This document shows positions 198,251-214,718 of a stretch of 248,000 bases of DNA, piece after piece. The DNA comes from Octopus vulgaris (lineage: Eukaryota). The DNA lies in assembly GCA_951406725.2 (NCBI GenBank), contig OX597834.1:39948001-40196000 (forward strand), in the 5' to 3' direction. Each line of letters begins with the position of its first letter. Position 1 is the first letter of the stretch. Both the position numbers and the translations under genes were made by a program. The notes under the pieces were generated by a model. That model searched no databases, was not told the DNA's origin, and was given only the letters and a program-made list of their open reading frames with translations.

Positions 198251-201200
198251 ATATATATATATACATATATATATATATACATAAATATATATATATACAT
198301 ATATATACATAAATATATATATATACATATATATACATATATACATATATATACATAAATATATATATATATATATATATACACATACCTAAATATATAT
198401 ATACCTAAATATATATATATACCTAAATATATATATATTTATATATATATATATACCTAAATATATATATATACCTAAATATATATAAATATACCTAATA
198501 ATATATATATAGACATAAATATATATATATACCTAAATATATATATAGACATAAATATATATATAGACATAAATATATATATAGACATAAATATATATAT
198601 AGACATAAATATATATATAGACATAAATATATATATATATCATAAGCAAAGAGCGACGTTTTACATATTATATTGTGAAGGTTTAATAGAGAACAGAATC
198701 CCCATCCCTGCGCCTTCACCACCACCACCACAACTATTTCTGTCGTCCGTCCCCGCCAAGAACACATTATCTATCCCTCTATTACTTTCATTCGTGTTTG
198801 TTGATTGTTTGGTTGTTTGTGTGGTGATTTTTTTTTGTCTGTGTTTTGTTAATTTGTTTTGTTTTGTTATTTTTTTACTATTTTTTTTTTGTTTCTTCGA
198901 CAGAGAATGGAAAAGAAAAGCTGGGTGTTTCTTTACGTGAAGCAACAGTGAGATGGGATGTGTGTGGGGGAGGGGGGAGAGGGGGGAATAGAACCGATTG
199001 GGAAGAGAAAATGGAAACTGCTTTCTTCAGAATGGTAAATGCAAAGATTCTTGAGACAGAGAGAGAGAGAAAGAGTGAGAAGCAGTTATCTAAGGGAGAG
199101 TTATTAAAGGAGAGCTAAAAATTAGAAAGAGAGAAGGTGAGATGGGAGAGAGAAAGGAGAGATGGAGGACAAAGAGAGAGAGAGAAAGGCAGGAGAGAGA
199201 GACAAGAAGGAGAGAGAGAAAGGAGGGAAAGAATGAGAAAGGACAAAGAGAGAGGACAGAAAAAGTGGACAGAGAAAGAAAGGACAGAAAGAGAAGAGAG
199301 AGAGAGAGAGAGAGAATTAAAAACAGAGAGAGAGAGAGAATAAAGAACAGAGAGAGAGAGAGGATGGAGAGGAATAAAGGGAAGAGAAGAGAAAGGAAGA
199401 GGAGTGAACAGGGGAGAAGGACAGAAGGACAAAGGGGAGAGAGGGGGAAAGAAGGGGAGAGAGAAAGGAGAGAGAGAGAGAGAGATGAAGTAGTAAACCT
199501 ATGTCTAATAAAAGGAATCGCATATGCCAAGAGAATTGGTCAGCTTCAGTAAAAGATATTCGTGTGACTACGTAGTGACATTGTTTGTTTTGGACAGTTT
199601 AATGTCTTGTATAAAAGACGGTGATTTATGTCAGGCATGGCAACAGTCTTGTGTGGTTGTGTTTCCTGCTTTCTTCTTCGGAATGGAATCTTATGAAAAG
199701 GAATATGGAAGATCACCTTGAGTATTCCATTCTCTGCAATGCAAGATGATAAGACTATATCTAGGAAGAGACTTCTAGAACTACAAGTCTGAAGAAAAAT
199801 GTGGGCTGCAGAAGAGAGAAAAAAGGATTTGAGAAGATGCAGAGGTACTGTGTAAGGTGTTGGACTCATGATCGTAAGATTGCGGTTTCAATCCCTGGAC
199901 CAGGCAATGCATTGTATTCTTAAGCAAAACACTTCACTTCATATAGTTCCAGTTCATTTAGTTGTAGAAATGAGTACAACTAGTGGAGGCATGTTGCTTA
200001 GTCGTTAGGGTGTTGGATTCACAACTGTAAAATTGTGGTTTCAATCCCTGGACAGAGCAATCCGTTGTGTTCTTGTGCAAAACACTTCATTTCATGTTGC
200101 TCCAGTCCACTCAGCTGTAGAAATAAGTTAAGCCTGGAAAGGGATCGGCTTTGCCAGGCTTTCTTACCATAGATATGCTGCATGGTTGCAGCACTCCAAT
200201 GCCCCACCCCCACACCCAAGGGGTTAAGGGACTTGTTAATTGTCAACAAAAGGCGGCGAGCTGGCAGAAACGTTAGCACACTGGGTGAAATGTTTTGCGG
200301 TATTTCGTCTGTCTTTATGTTCAGAGTTCAAACACTGCCGAGGTCGACTTATCCTTTCAGGATTGATTAAATAAGTACCAGTTATGCACTGGGGGAGGGG
200401 GTCGATGTAATTGACTTAAACCCTTTATTTGTCCTTGTTTGTCCCCTCTGTGTTTAGCCCCCTGTGGGCAATAAAGAAATATATTGTCAACATAAGGTAC
200501 CACGCGGTGGGAGTGAACCAAAAACCTGGTGATTGCAAAAGCAAACGTCTTAACCATCAGTTGTATATTCCAACCAATAGCTGGATTTATTCCTTATACT
200601 CAAATCCTATTTAAATGTTTATGCCATCAATCTGAAACTTTTCAACCCACACAGCCAGCCACACACAGAGAAAGAAACACAGAATGAAACAGCACTCTTT
200701 GAAATGGTTGTTCTTCCATTTCACTAACTGGATCAGTTACACACAGATAATGAAGTGGAACCCCTCTTTCCATTCCACTTAATATAAAAAAAAAAAAAGG
200801 ACGAGGATGATCCCATTCAAATTCACAAGCTGTCTTCTTCGGTCCTTACATTCGAATGTTTATGAAATTAGACTTCAAACACTTTACACCTGCTAGGCAG
200901 AAGTCAATTAAGGTATCACAGCTCTTATTTGACGGAGCATGATTCCATGACTTCACTTAAGCAGTCCATTAGTTTCAATAAAACTTCTCCTTGATGTGTC
201001 GAATATTTGGTTTTATTAAAACCATGAATAACTGATGCTGCCGAAACAGTAACGAGCCCCGATGTTTAACTTCAAACCTGTACGGTGTCAATTCAATTAT
201101 GCACCTTTAACATATCATTCCTACCCACCCCAACTATTTACCTGCCCACCCACCTACCCCAGGTTAACCCGACTATGTGTCATTTTGAATGATTCATCCT

Positions 201201-202845
201201 TATTTATTCCGTAACATTTCAGCTCCCTCAATTCCACCATGTAATTGTATTATTTTATTTTATTTTATTTTATTTCTTCCCTTGCTAAATCACAATTACC
201301 TCCCTTCTAAGTAATCTCCTCTTCCCCTCCCCGCCCCTTCCAATTTCCTCCTCACCTCAGATTTAAATTAACCCTTTTGATACCAACTTGCCTGAGATCC
201401 CATCCCTGCTTCTATGAAAAAACATTTTTGTTTTAAAGAAATCTAAATTAAAAACTTCCATCAAAATTTGAACTTATGGTTCCAAATAATAGCATAATAA
201501 TCGTTTTAAATTTTGGCTTAAGGCCAGTAGAATTTTAGGGTAGGGAATAAATTGATTACATCAACCCCAGTACTCAACTGGTACAATTTTATAAACCCCA
201601 AAAGGATGAAAGGTAAAGTTGACATTGGTGGTATTTGAACTCAAAACAAAGCTGTGCCAACAGTCCTTCTGGCTTTATAACAATGATGTTATTCTATTAA
201701 ATTCTTCATTCTTTTACAAATCAACTGAAACAAAGGCCCTTTATTCCAACAAAAAAGTGGGGGAGCAAAAGGGTTAAATTGTAATTTTTCTTACATTTTT
201801 ATAATTACCATTATTATTTGTTTTAGTCACTGCATAGAAGAATTTTGGTAGAACACATCAACCCCAGGACTTATTTTCTTATTAAGCCTAGTAAGACCAA
201901 CACTGGTTGCTAAGCAGTAGCAGGGGACAAGCACAGGCAGAAGGATGCACACAGATGCAGACACACACATGACAGGCTTCATTCAGTTTCCATCTACAAA
202001 ATCCATTCACAAGGCTTTGGTCACCCAGATGCTGTATAGAAGAAGACCTTTGTGCAAAGAGCCACACAGCAGGACTGAACCTAGAATCATGTGATTGGGA
202101 AGCAATTACTATCCTTACTGATTGTAACCCAGCGGCTGCATATTCTAAACACTATTGTACCCTTGACATAACTTCTCAAGTAGGATCAGCGTCAGAGTGA
202201 CTAAGGGGTTGGCCCTTGAATAAGGACTACACCTCAGCTTGTTCTGGTGGTGGACTTTCTGAAATTCTGTCTGCTGGGGTTGAACATGAGATCTCGAGAT
202301 TGCACAGTGAACTTTTAAATATGCAGTCATACCTGAATCCATTCACACATACACACACATGTAAATACACACACATACATACATACACATATATGCATGT
202401 GCATATGTATATATACATACATACATGCATATGCTTGCACCCATATCTAAATACACACATACATATTTATACCTACACAAACATACACATATATAGATAC
202501 ACATACGCATATATATATATATATGTGCATGCATGCATATGCATGTGTGTGAGTGTGTATGCATATACACACACACATACATGCATAAATGTAGACACAC
202601 GTATACATATGTGCATGCATACACACACACACACACACACACATATACATGCATGCACACACACACACATATATTATAGACACATACACATACATGCAAA
202701 CAAGATAAAATGATAAAGGAAACCTGTAAAAAAAAATAATAAAACTACTGTAAAATATAACAAAACAAATAAGAAGTTTCATGAACAATTTTGAGTTATT
202801 TATCTTGTGAGTTCAAATCTATCGATTAGCATAACGTTTAGAATA

Positions 202846-203143
<298 letters not shown>

Positions 203144-203346
203144 GTAATAATAATAATAATAATAATAATGATGATGATGACGAAATAACAAAAATAATAT
203201 TCAAATGTCTAACATCGAATTTAAACGAATATTTTCTTCAACAGATATAAATTTTTTCCACTAGGATACATTTGTATTTATCTAAAGTAAATATATAACT
203301 TAAACACTATGTATATACACACACATACACCTCCATACATAATATC

Positions 203347-203377
<31 letters not shown>

Positions 203378-203430
203378 TATATAGACACAAATATATATAT
203401 ACACACACATACACCTCCATACATAATATC

Positions 203431-203461
<31 letters not shown>

Positions 203462-203579
203462 TATATAGACACAAATATATATATACACACACATACACCT
203501 CCATACATAACAGCATATATATATATACACACACACACACACATACAAACACACATATAGACATAAATATATATATCCA

Positions 203580-204360
203580 CATCATCATCATCATCATCAT
203601 CATCATTTAGCGTCCGTTTTCCATGCTAGCATGGGTTGGACGGTTCAACTGGGGTCTGGGGAGCCCGAAGGCTGCACCAGGCCAGTCAGATCTGGCAGTG
203701 TTTCTACAGCTGGATGCCCTTCCTAACGCCAACCACTCCGAGAGTGTAGTGGGTGATTTTATGTGCCACCGACACAGGTGCCAGACGAGGCTGGCGAACG
203801 GCCACGCTCGGATGGTGTTTTTATGTGCCACCGACACAGGTGCCAGACGAGGCTGGCAGACGGCCACGCTCGGATGGTGTTTTTATGTGCCACCGACACA
203901 GGTGCCAGACGAGGCTGGCAGACGGCCACGCTCGGATGGTGTTTTTATGTGCCACCGACACAGGTGCCAGATGAGGCTGGCGGACGGCCACGATCGGATG
204001 GTGTTTGTTACGTCCCCAAAGCACGGAGGCCAGTCTATGCGGTACTGGCTACGGCCACGTTCGGATGATTTTCTTGTGTGCCACCGGCACTGGTACCACA
204101 AAGATACAAATTCCATTTATGTTCATCTATTTTGATTTGATTTGATTTGATTTTCACTTGCCTCAACAGGTCTTCACAAGTGTCACAAGAAGGAAGGTAT
204201 GCACAGGTGGACTGTCTACGTCGCCGGGTCTTCGGATGGTGTCTTTATGTGCCACCGACACAGGTGCCAGATGTGGCTGGCGAACGGCCACGATCGGATG
204301 GTTTTCTTGTGTGCCACCGGTACTGGAACCACAAAGATACAAATTCCATTGATGTTCATC
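203580..204360 (-). mobile_element. Abundant RTE-associated short repeat ending in (GAT)n, here with four internal 62-bp tandem units
   Basis: gttggcgttaggaagggcatccagctgtagaaac...gcatggaaaacggacg(c/t)taaacgatgatg; unit starts at 203763, 203825, 203887, 203949. Confidence 0.7.
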
Positions 204361-204577
204361 TATTTTGATTTGGTTTGATTTTGATTTTGATTTTTTATAT
204401 ATATATATATATATACACACATACATATATATAGACACAAATATATATATATATTCACATTGATACATGCATATAAACATACACACGCATTCATAAACAT
204501 AATTATATATTTACATATATGTATAACATATATATATATAAAACACGTATGTGTATGTATGTATATATGTATGTATG

Positions 204578-204621
<44 letters not shown>

Positions 204622-205049
204622 TATACATACATATATATACACACATACATATACCAGCATGGTAAATAGACTTTAAATTATATATATATATATATATATA
204701 TACACGCACACACACACAAACACACAATCACAACATGAAGCAGATTCTAAGAAAATCTATGTCGAGAAGAATCTAAAAATATTCTTCAATGAAGCAAATG
204801 GAAAAGAGTTTAAAGTAGCGTCTTTTTTTTAATGTCGTCTGCCATTCTGATGGGGTTGATAATAATTCTGAGCAGTTTGGTTGTTTTGTCTTATTTTTTG
204901 ACGGGTTTGACGGGTGGTGGATTAAATGGACATGAACGACTTGTTTTTTATTTATAACTTTTCTGCTTCTTCCTATAATTACCCATCACCTCTTCACAAA
205001 TCAATGAGTTTATAGCATTTACAGCAAATATTATTATTCCTGTTATATG

Positions 205050-205083
<34 letters not shown>

Positions 205084-205142
205084 TGGTAAAAACGGTAAGA
205101 TAACAAAAGAAAGAAAGAGACCTCAATATTATGTAAATAGAG

Positions 205143-205196
<54 letters not shown>

Positions 205197-205411
205197 TTAC
205201 ACACACATACATACATAGTATAGACTTATATGGTATATATATATATGTAAATAGATACACACACACGCTATATGTATACATATGTATACACAGTATATAT
205301 GTACATACATACATAAACAGTATATGTATACATATGTATACACAGTATATTATACATACATACACACACAGTATTTGTATACATTTATATACACGGTATA
205401 CAATATACATA

Positions 205412-205450
<39 letters not shown>

Positions 205451-205549
205451 ATTGTATACTGTGTATATAAATGTATACAAATACTGTGTGTATGTATGTA
205501 TGTATAATATACTGTGTATGTATGTACATATATACTGTGTATACATATA

Positions 205550-205587
<38 letters not shown>

Positions 205588-207301
205588 TACTGTATATACA
205601 TGTGTATTATGTATATTTTATATATATATATATATGGCAAAACCTTTTGACCTCATCATAAAATTTTTCTGCATACGTGACTAAAAACTTTATGTAGATT
205701 TTACAGCATCAGTTTTTTAACATAACATACATACATATATATATATATATACACGCACTATACAGTACAGTACTGAAGTAGTTTTTATTTCACTATTAAA
205801 TAACATGCTTTTCATAACGTCATTTATCAAAGTCGATGCCCATGTCCATTGTGAATGATGTAGGAACCTGTTTATCCCCATGATGACTATGGTTAATTTT
205901 ATTGCAGACACCTATGATAAAATGCTTACTCAACCTACCTGCGATACCGTAGTAGATATTATGTTGCTGTATTATGCTTCAGAAAATCTCTTGTAATATA
206001 ATTCCATTCAGGAATGATTTAACATAGTGGTTCCCAAATCTTTCCAGGGTGCCACACCCTTGGTGCCCTGGCAACATTCCTAGCTCTACACCCTTCCTAC
206101 TCACCACCACAAACACAGACCGTTTTCTGCAGCAAATTAAAAAAAAACAATATTTCACAAATAAAACTTAACCTAACTAACTTGTTATTTTGTTGTTTTT
206201 CACATCCATTAACCCCCTTTTGGTCATCCCACTATCTATTTCTTTACTACCTGCATGGGGCTAAACACAGAGAGGACAAACAAGGACAGACAAACGGATT
206301 AAGTCGATTACATCGACCCCAGTGCGCAACTGGTACTTAATTTATCGACCCCGAAAGGATGAAAGGCAAAGTCGACCTCAGCGGAATTTTAACTCAGAAC
206401 GTAATGGCCAACAAAATACCTATTTCTTTACTACCCACAAGGGGCTAAACACAGAGAGGACAAACAAGGACAGACAAACAGATTAAGTCAATTACATCAA
206501 CCCCAGTGCGTAACAGGTACTTAATTTATCGACCCCGAAAGGATGAAAGGCAAAGGCGACCTCGGTGGAATTTGAACTCAGAACGTAACAGCAGACAAAA
206601 TACAGCTACGCATTTCGCCCGGCGTGCTAACATTTCTGCCACCACGCTGCCTTTTGGTCATCCCATTATCACACCACTCTTCTTCAATGCCCACCGTTTT
206701 CATGGACCTTTGCACCACCACCACCAGGGGGCAGTACTGTCTACTTTGGGAAGCACTGGTTTAACCCTTCAGCATTCAGATTACTCTATTATATGTCATG
206801 CATCTTTATTCATCCTCTTTTAAACTGATCGTTCACTATCTTGTATAAAGTGTCTTATATAAACAATCTTATACAAACATCCACTATCTTATATAAACAC
206901 TCAGTCTGATTATGTACAAAACGACATTGTAAGGTAAGGTAGCAGAAGCCAAACCTGGGCAGTTTGAACACAAAATGGTTCAAATATTCTAAACCAGATA
207001 TGGCTGGTTTAAGTGCTAAAGACTTAAAGAATATTAACCCTTTAACGTTTAGATTACTCTATCAAATTGTGAAGTATATTTGCCACTTATAAGTGGCAAA
207101 TATATGAAAATCCCTATGAAAATCCCTATTTCTTACAATTTTTTGACTGCTGTGTCACCATTTTTCAGTGTATTTCAACCAGAAAAATGTTCACTTAAAG
207201 AGAATAACAAGCTACAGCATGCAAAATTTTTACTTTTCAAAAATTCCAATTTTAAAGGGTCGAAACAAACCTGAGCAAGACCGGGAGATACTGCTAGTAT
207301 G

Positions 207302-207338
<37 letters not shown>

Positions 207339-208403
207339 ATAAAGTAATGCTTATCATCACTTAAACATGGCTGAATATCTTATCTTTAAATAAACTACAA
207401 GAATGACAGATCTCATGAGCAGAGACATACATTTATTATATCCTGTGATAACTGACTGAGAGCAATTTTGGGATAATTGAACTAAATACTTTTGGATGAT
207501 TTGAAACTGAACATGGACCATTTCAGTTTGAAATTGTGAAATTTTACTTGTTAAAAACACTTATGTTCTTGCTAACAGTTGTAGGACAAAAATTTATTTT
207601 CAGAACTACCCTAAATATTCACACACAAGCACATAAGGAGCAGGGGAAAAAAGGTGGCATAAATAGAACTTGGATAAAATATGGTGTGGTTTTGAAGTTG
207701 GAAAATTTTGAACTGTTGCTCAGAATTTCAACTAATTCTTTTCAGCTTCAAAATATGTGTATGTGTGTGTGTGGGTGTGTGTATAAGAATGTGTGTGTGT
207801 GTGTGTGTGTGTGTGAGTGAACTGCAATGAGACAAAAAAAAATGATGATGATGCTGTTACATAATTTTGACAAGAATGGTTGAAGGCAAACTATTTCATT
207901 GATTAAATAAGAAATTAATTAGTTAATTACTGTATAGATTTACCTAAATTCATACACAGAAGCCAATGTATAGCAATGAAATGATTCCTCAAGCTATTTG
208001 TAATGATCGTCTCCTATGCAATACTAAAGAATACTACTTATTAATTAGCTATGCATAGGTCACTTTTACTAAATTAAAAGCAATTAATGAAGTCTACACT
208101 ATCAAGAAAATTTATCAATTCCAATTTTAATATATTTTTATCAAAATATGCTTTTCTACTTTCTTGTATTATTAAAGATTTCAATTACATGCTTCAATCA
208201 GAAATTTTTATTCTCTTTCTCTCTTTTACTTGTTTCAGTCATTTGACTGCAGCCATGCTGGAGCACCGCCTTTTAGTCGAGCAAATCGACCCCGGGACTT
208301 ATTCTTTGTAAGCCCAGTACTTATTCTATCGGTCTCTTTTGCCGAACCGCTAAGTGTTTTAAAACTTAATGTTTGTATCCATTTTCTTCTACTGATTCCC
208401 TGC

Positions 208404-208446
<43 letters not shown>

Positions 208447-209629
208447 CATCTTTTCTTTGCTTACAGCCTTTATTTCTATTTGCCTTTATTTTTTTTTTTC
208501 ATCTTTGTAACTTTTTCTCTATCATTTTTATCCTCATCTTATTTTCTTTCAAGGTCTTTGACACTTCAGACTTTGTCCCTCCTTTTTCTCACAACATTCA
208601 TTTGTCACCCTTCCCCTGTTATTTCATTTCATAATTTTCGTCTTTCCCCAGCACACTGTTACTCTCATTCTCTTTCCTTGCAGCACACACACACACACAC
208701 ACACACTTTCTCTCTCTCTCTCTTGCATGCTTTCCACAAAAACAAAAAAAATTGATTACATAGTTTTTCTTTGAGATACTTCAGGAATATTTGAGAAAAC
208801 GTTTACTCTTATATACAAGGGCAGGCATGGCAGTGTGGCAAAGAAGTTTGCTTCCCAACCTCATGGTCCCGGGTTCAATCTCACAGAGTGGAACCTTGGG
208901 CAAGAGTCTTCTAATATAGCCTCAGGCCAACTAAAGCCTTGTGAATGAATTTGCTTAACAACCAGTATAGGTGTATTTATGTCCCTGTAACTTAGCTGTT
209001 TGGTTGCTGGCAGAAACTCCACCCTCCAGGTGTTTCTGTCAGGCTTGCCTGTATGAAACTGCTGTGGAGTACATAACTGCGAATATATATCGAAATCAAA
209101 ATCAAAGTGAAATTCGATGACAAGCATGAGCACCATACGAGCGTGATTGTTGACAGAGCGGCTAACCAGCTTCGGTGCCAGTGGCACATAAAAGGCACCA
209201 TTCGAGTGTGATCGTTACCAGCGTTGCCTTACTGGCACTTGTGCCCCATGCTAGTAGCACCATCCAAGTGCAATCGTTGCCAGAGTGGCTAACTGCCTTC
209301 CGTACCGGTGGCATGTAAGAAGCACCATTTGAGCAGGATCATTACCAGCATTGCCTTACTGGCACCTGTGCCATTGGCATGTGTTAAAAGATTCACATGA
209401 GGTCGTTGCCAGTACCGCCTGACTGGCCCCCGTGCCAGTGGTACGTAAAAGCACCCACTACACTCTCGGAGTGGTTGGCATTAGGAAGGGCATCCAGCTG
209501 TAGAAACTCTGCCAGATCAAGACTGGAGCCTGTTGCAGCCATCTGGTTCGCCAGCCCTTTCCATGGGTTGGGCGGTTTGACTGAGTGCTGGCGAACCAGA
209601 TGGCTGCACCAGGCTCCAATCTTGATCTG

Positions 209630-209686
<57 letters not shown>

Positions 209687-210237
209687 TATATATAGGAGTA
209701 AAGGTAAGGACAAGTAAGTTAGGTGAGTCAGTACACAAAAGTCAATATACAAACATGGCATACCCTACAAACATACCCTAGCAGAAACAACAGCTGGAGG
209801 GTGGAGTTTGTCAGCAATAAAATTACGCAAGAACATTATCTTCGATTTTGAGTTTGATTGCTATTATAATCCATGATGAAAGTGCCGACCAATTGATTAG
209901 TGAATCTCCTTGGATTTACACTTTGTATGGAATGCCCTGTAGATTTCACCTCTATGGATTCATATCCTCTTCACTTGACATTTTCTTAACCAAATATTCA
210001 TACATGAAATGCTGACTGAGGAATTTGCCTAGATTCCTTGAATCTCTACATTCTATCACTCTCGCTTGTTCACTCATCCACCCATTCACTCATTCATATA
210101 TATATCATCATCATTTAACATTGGCCTTTAACGATGATGATTATAAATAATACATACAAATATATATATATATATATGAATGAATGAACAAGAGTGATAG
210201 ATAGTAGAGATTGAAGAAATCTCTATATATATATCTA

Positions 210238-210305
<68 letters not shown>

Positions 210306-210462
210306 GGCATTATTAACAAGAATGGAGAATTATACATCTTTAAAACTAATTTATTACAGAATTATTGACATTAAATTGATATTTGATTTCAGTCCAACAC
210401 GTGTTTCTGCTACATAAGTGTCCTAATGCCCTTTGATTCAGCATTTCCATATTCATTTACAT

Positions 210463-210511
<49 letters not shown>

Positions 210512-211394
210512 GTATATATATACTCACACACACACACACACCTGTATATATGTATATATATCTATGTGTGTGTGTGTATACTTTAAGTTCGTTCACAGGA
210601 AATGCTTTGAATATGTAAAAATCCACTCATAAGGCATTGGTTGGCCTGAGGCTATAGTATAATGGTTTTGCTATGGAATCGTGAAACTATTTTTTGTTTT
210701 CTGAAGAAGCAATGTTTTAGACTTACAACACTTTTGCATAATAGCAACAACATATATATGGCCGTGTGGTAAGAAACCTGCTTCCCAACTACCCGGTTCT
210801 GTGTTCAATCCCACAGTACAGCACCTTGGGCAAACCAAAGCCTTATGAGTGGATTTGGGAGACGGAAACTGAAAGAAGACCATCATATATATTATATATA
210901 TCAAGATTAATCAGCCGAAATTGCGAAGATGATCCAGTTCTTGACTGATGATTGAAGGCTTCGAATGTCCTGTCCGTGATTTTTTGTGTCGTCTTCTAAA
211001 TGTTTCACGTTCTTGTCCCAGTTTGTATATTTTTTTACTTTTACATATATATATATATATGTATGTGTATATATGTATATATGTATATATATATACATAT
211101 ATATATATATAAGTTCAGTAAAATTTAGATTCAGTTGAATATGGTACTTAAGTTAAAGGCACCAGAAATTAGTATGGTATTATCCATATAATTCAAAATG
211201 GGGTAATATTTGCATTGTTCAATTAAATGGAGTCACATGAAACGATCGTACTGCATTACCTTTGGATATCCTTGTTGCTTATTTTGATTATATATATATA
211301 GCCCCGGGCTGACCAAAGCCTTGTGAGTGGATTTGGTAGATGGAAACTGAAAGAAGCACATCGTATATATGTATGTATATATATACATGTGTGC

Positions 211395-211469
<75 letters not shown>

Positions 211470-212058
211470 TGTGTCTGTGTTTGTCGCCCCAACATCGCTT
211501 GACAACCGATACTGGTGTGTTTACATCCCCGTAACTTAGCAGTTTGGCAAAAGAGACCGATAGAATAAGTCCTCGGCTTACAAAGAATAAGTCCCGGGGT
211601 CGATTTGCTCAACTAAAGGCGGTGCTCCAGCATGGCCGCAGTCAAATGACTGAAACAAGTAAAAGTGTGAACGAGTGGAACGAAGACAATGACGATGGCT
211701 GTCTTACCCTCACGTACAAAAGCTTGTTGTTGCTACTGTTGTTGATGTCATCTACTGGCATATAATTTAGGTCCATCAAGTAGTTTGTTTACTAACTACT
211801 TCTAAATGTCGATACTTTCTCCACTCGTCCTCTCTCCCCCTCCATCCCTTCCATTGTCCTCTCCGGAATATTAATATTTCACACACACACACACACACAA
211901 CAAAAAGACTGATTATTCTGTAGCAAATGAAATTATGATATTGAAATGTCACCCACTTGGTTCTTGCAGAAATGTTTACTAGTGAGGTGAAAGTAATTTT
212001 CACAACACGGTTTCCACATAAACAAGATGGCCCAGTCATAGCCAGAGAGCCCTTATAA

Positions 212059-212443
212059 TCTCTCTCTATATAAAGCTGAAGTTGTCTGTGTATGGCAGGT
212101 TTGGTAGCCTTCAACTAACACTATCTCCTCCGAGACCCTGCGGTGCAAGTTGACCAAAATTGAGAGTATGATAGAAGAAGGATTGCTCTTCTTTCCGTAG
212201 AAGAAAAAATTCAAATCGAACCATGTTAACACCAAAAATTATTTGGATCAAAAAGGTGCTTTTTTTTCTATGAAAATCCCGATTTTTTACGATTTTTTAA
212301 CCGCTGTATCGCCATTTTTTTGGTGTATTTCAACCAGAAAAATGTTCACTTAAAGAGCTACATAATGCAACATTTTTACTTTTCAAAAATTCCAATTTTA
212401 AAGGGTCGAAACAAACCCAGGCAACGCCGGGCGATACTGCTAG
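212059..212443 (+). mobile_element. Non-autonomous Helitron
   Basis: 5' TC, 3' hairpin cccaggcaacgccggg followed by CTAG, inserted between A and T, no TSD. Confidence 0.85.
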
Positions 212444-214112
212444 TCATAAATACAATCAATCAGGATTGAACTGAATGACAAAGGAGGACACATTAGATAA
212501 TGTATTCCAAGGTATACCATCCACTTTTCTATGCTTGCATTGTTTTCCTTCTTTGGCTTCCTCTCTAAACACTGAACCATCAAGGTTAACTCAGGCATCA
212601 CATGCATGCATGTATAAATGTAATATACCCATGTATGTGTGTAGATAAGTAAAAGACCCCTTTCAGTCATGAAAGACCCTTTTCAGTCATTTTTACCCAA
212701 ATGCTGACTTTTTGTTTCTTTTATAAAGACATATATAAATATTTATAATACTTAAACATATCAAAGGGAAATGGAAAATTAAGTATAATTTTCACCTCCA
212801 GTGGCCTAAATTGTAAAAATTTTAGTCCCAAAAGACTATGAATTAGTCATAATATATAGTGTACATTCAAACACATAAGGAATCCATTCATGGAATTCAA
212901 CATGCTAGAAAGAACAGCTAGGTTCTATAACCACAAAAATTAGGGATAAATTTCAACAGGAACAAAATGAAAAATAAAAACATTTTACCATCAAGTTTCC
213001 TAATATTTGTGGTTATAGAACTTAGCTGTTCTTTCTAGCGTGTTGAATTCCACGAGTGGATTCCTTATGTGTTTGAATGTCCACTATATATCATAAATAT
213101 TTATAAATATATAAAGAGTAAAAACCTCCTTCGGTCATGAATGACCATGGGATTGCACCTAGAAAGTTCCCTTTTGAGGCACAAGTCCAGGCAAGGTTGT
213201 TTTATGGAAGATCAGCAGTCCCCCATGCATACCAGATTCCCCTCTCCAAGGGAAAGGGAAAGGGGCCGATACAGCTTGGTACCAGTGATGTCGCAATACA
213301 TTTCTACAGCTGAGGGAACTGGAGCAACGGGAAATAAAGTGTCTTGCTCAAGAACACAACATACAGCCTGGTCTGGGATTCGAACTCACTACCTCGAGAT
213401 TGTGAACATGACGCTCTAACCACCGATCCATGCACCTTCACTGGAGATAAGCACATGTATGTATAAATACAGTTTGCTATATTTCTGAAGATGAAGGCAT
213501 ATACATAGAACGTCTGCACCAGACTGAGGTATTGCCAACAGTCTATTCCTACACACAGGTAAATGATATATCGTCAGGAATAAACACACCTGAGCAGCTG
213601 AGGAAACAGTTTGCAACTGAGATTCCAGGAAAATAAATGGAAATATTCGCTGAATGAGAAAGATTAGTTTAAAAGATGTTGAGGATGTTTCAGCCACATG
213701 TGATACATGTGTAGAAGGATAAGGAGAGGGAGAGAGAGAGAAGCTACACATGTCTAATACATATATAAAGGGAATATGAGAGAGTGACTATCACATGTAG
213801 TATGTGTTTAAAAGGAGTATAAGAGGGTAAGTGCCACATGTAATACATATTTAGAGAGAGTATAAAAGAGTAAATACCACACGTCTACTACATGTTTAAA
213901 AGGAATATAAGATAGGGTAAGTACCACATGCGTGATACATGTTTGGAGGGAGTATGAGGGAGAGTAACTATCACATCTACTACATGTGTGGATGGAGTAG
214001 AAAACTCCACTCCATAGGTCAGACTTTAGTCTGACCTATGCAAGCATGGGAAAGTGAACATTAAACAATGGTGATATGGGACGACCTAGATGAGATGATA
214101 TGTATAAATATA

Positions 214113-214143
<31 letters not shown>

Positions 214144-214651
214144 TTCTTTTATTTTTGCCTAAGGTGCCATGTAGTGGGACTGAACTAGGAACCATGTGGT
214201 TGGTAAGCAAGCTACACCTATATATATATATGTGTGTGTGTGTGTATGTATGTTGGCCAGCTTGCACAGCCAGCTGGGTGCCGTCATTTGAAGGCTAAAA
214301 CAATGCGAAGTGCATCGTCACCAGCGGTGTAGCAACATCAATTAAATAATGAACTGAATTTATATATATTGATAGATATGGTAAGACAACAAAAGAATGA
214401 AAGAGACCTCGATATTATGTAAAATAGAGGAATTTATCTGTAAATGTAATATGTGATAATTTTTCGATAGCCATGATAAAACTCTGAGTTTCGGATGTCG
214501 GGGCAGAAACCCACTCCGGCATCTCTTCCATTATCCGGCCATCGAAAAGCCATTCAATGATTCCATCTGACTCATGCAAGCACAGAAAAGAGGACATTAC
214601 AAAGAACAGGATGATGATGATGACGACGAAAAAGATGGTGTTTACTTGTGC

Positions 214652-214718
<67 letters not shown>

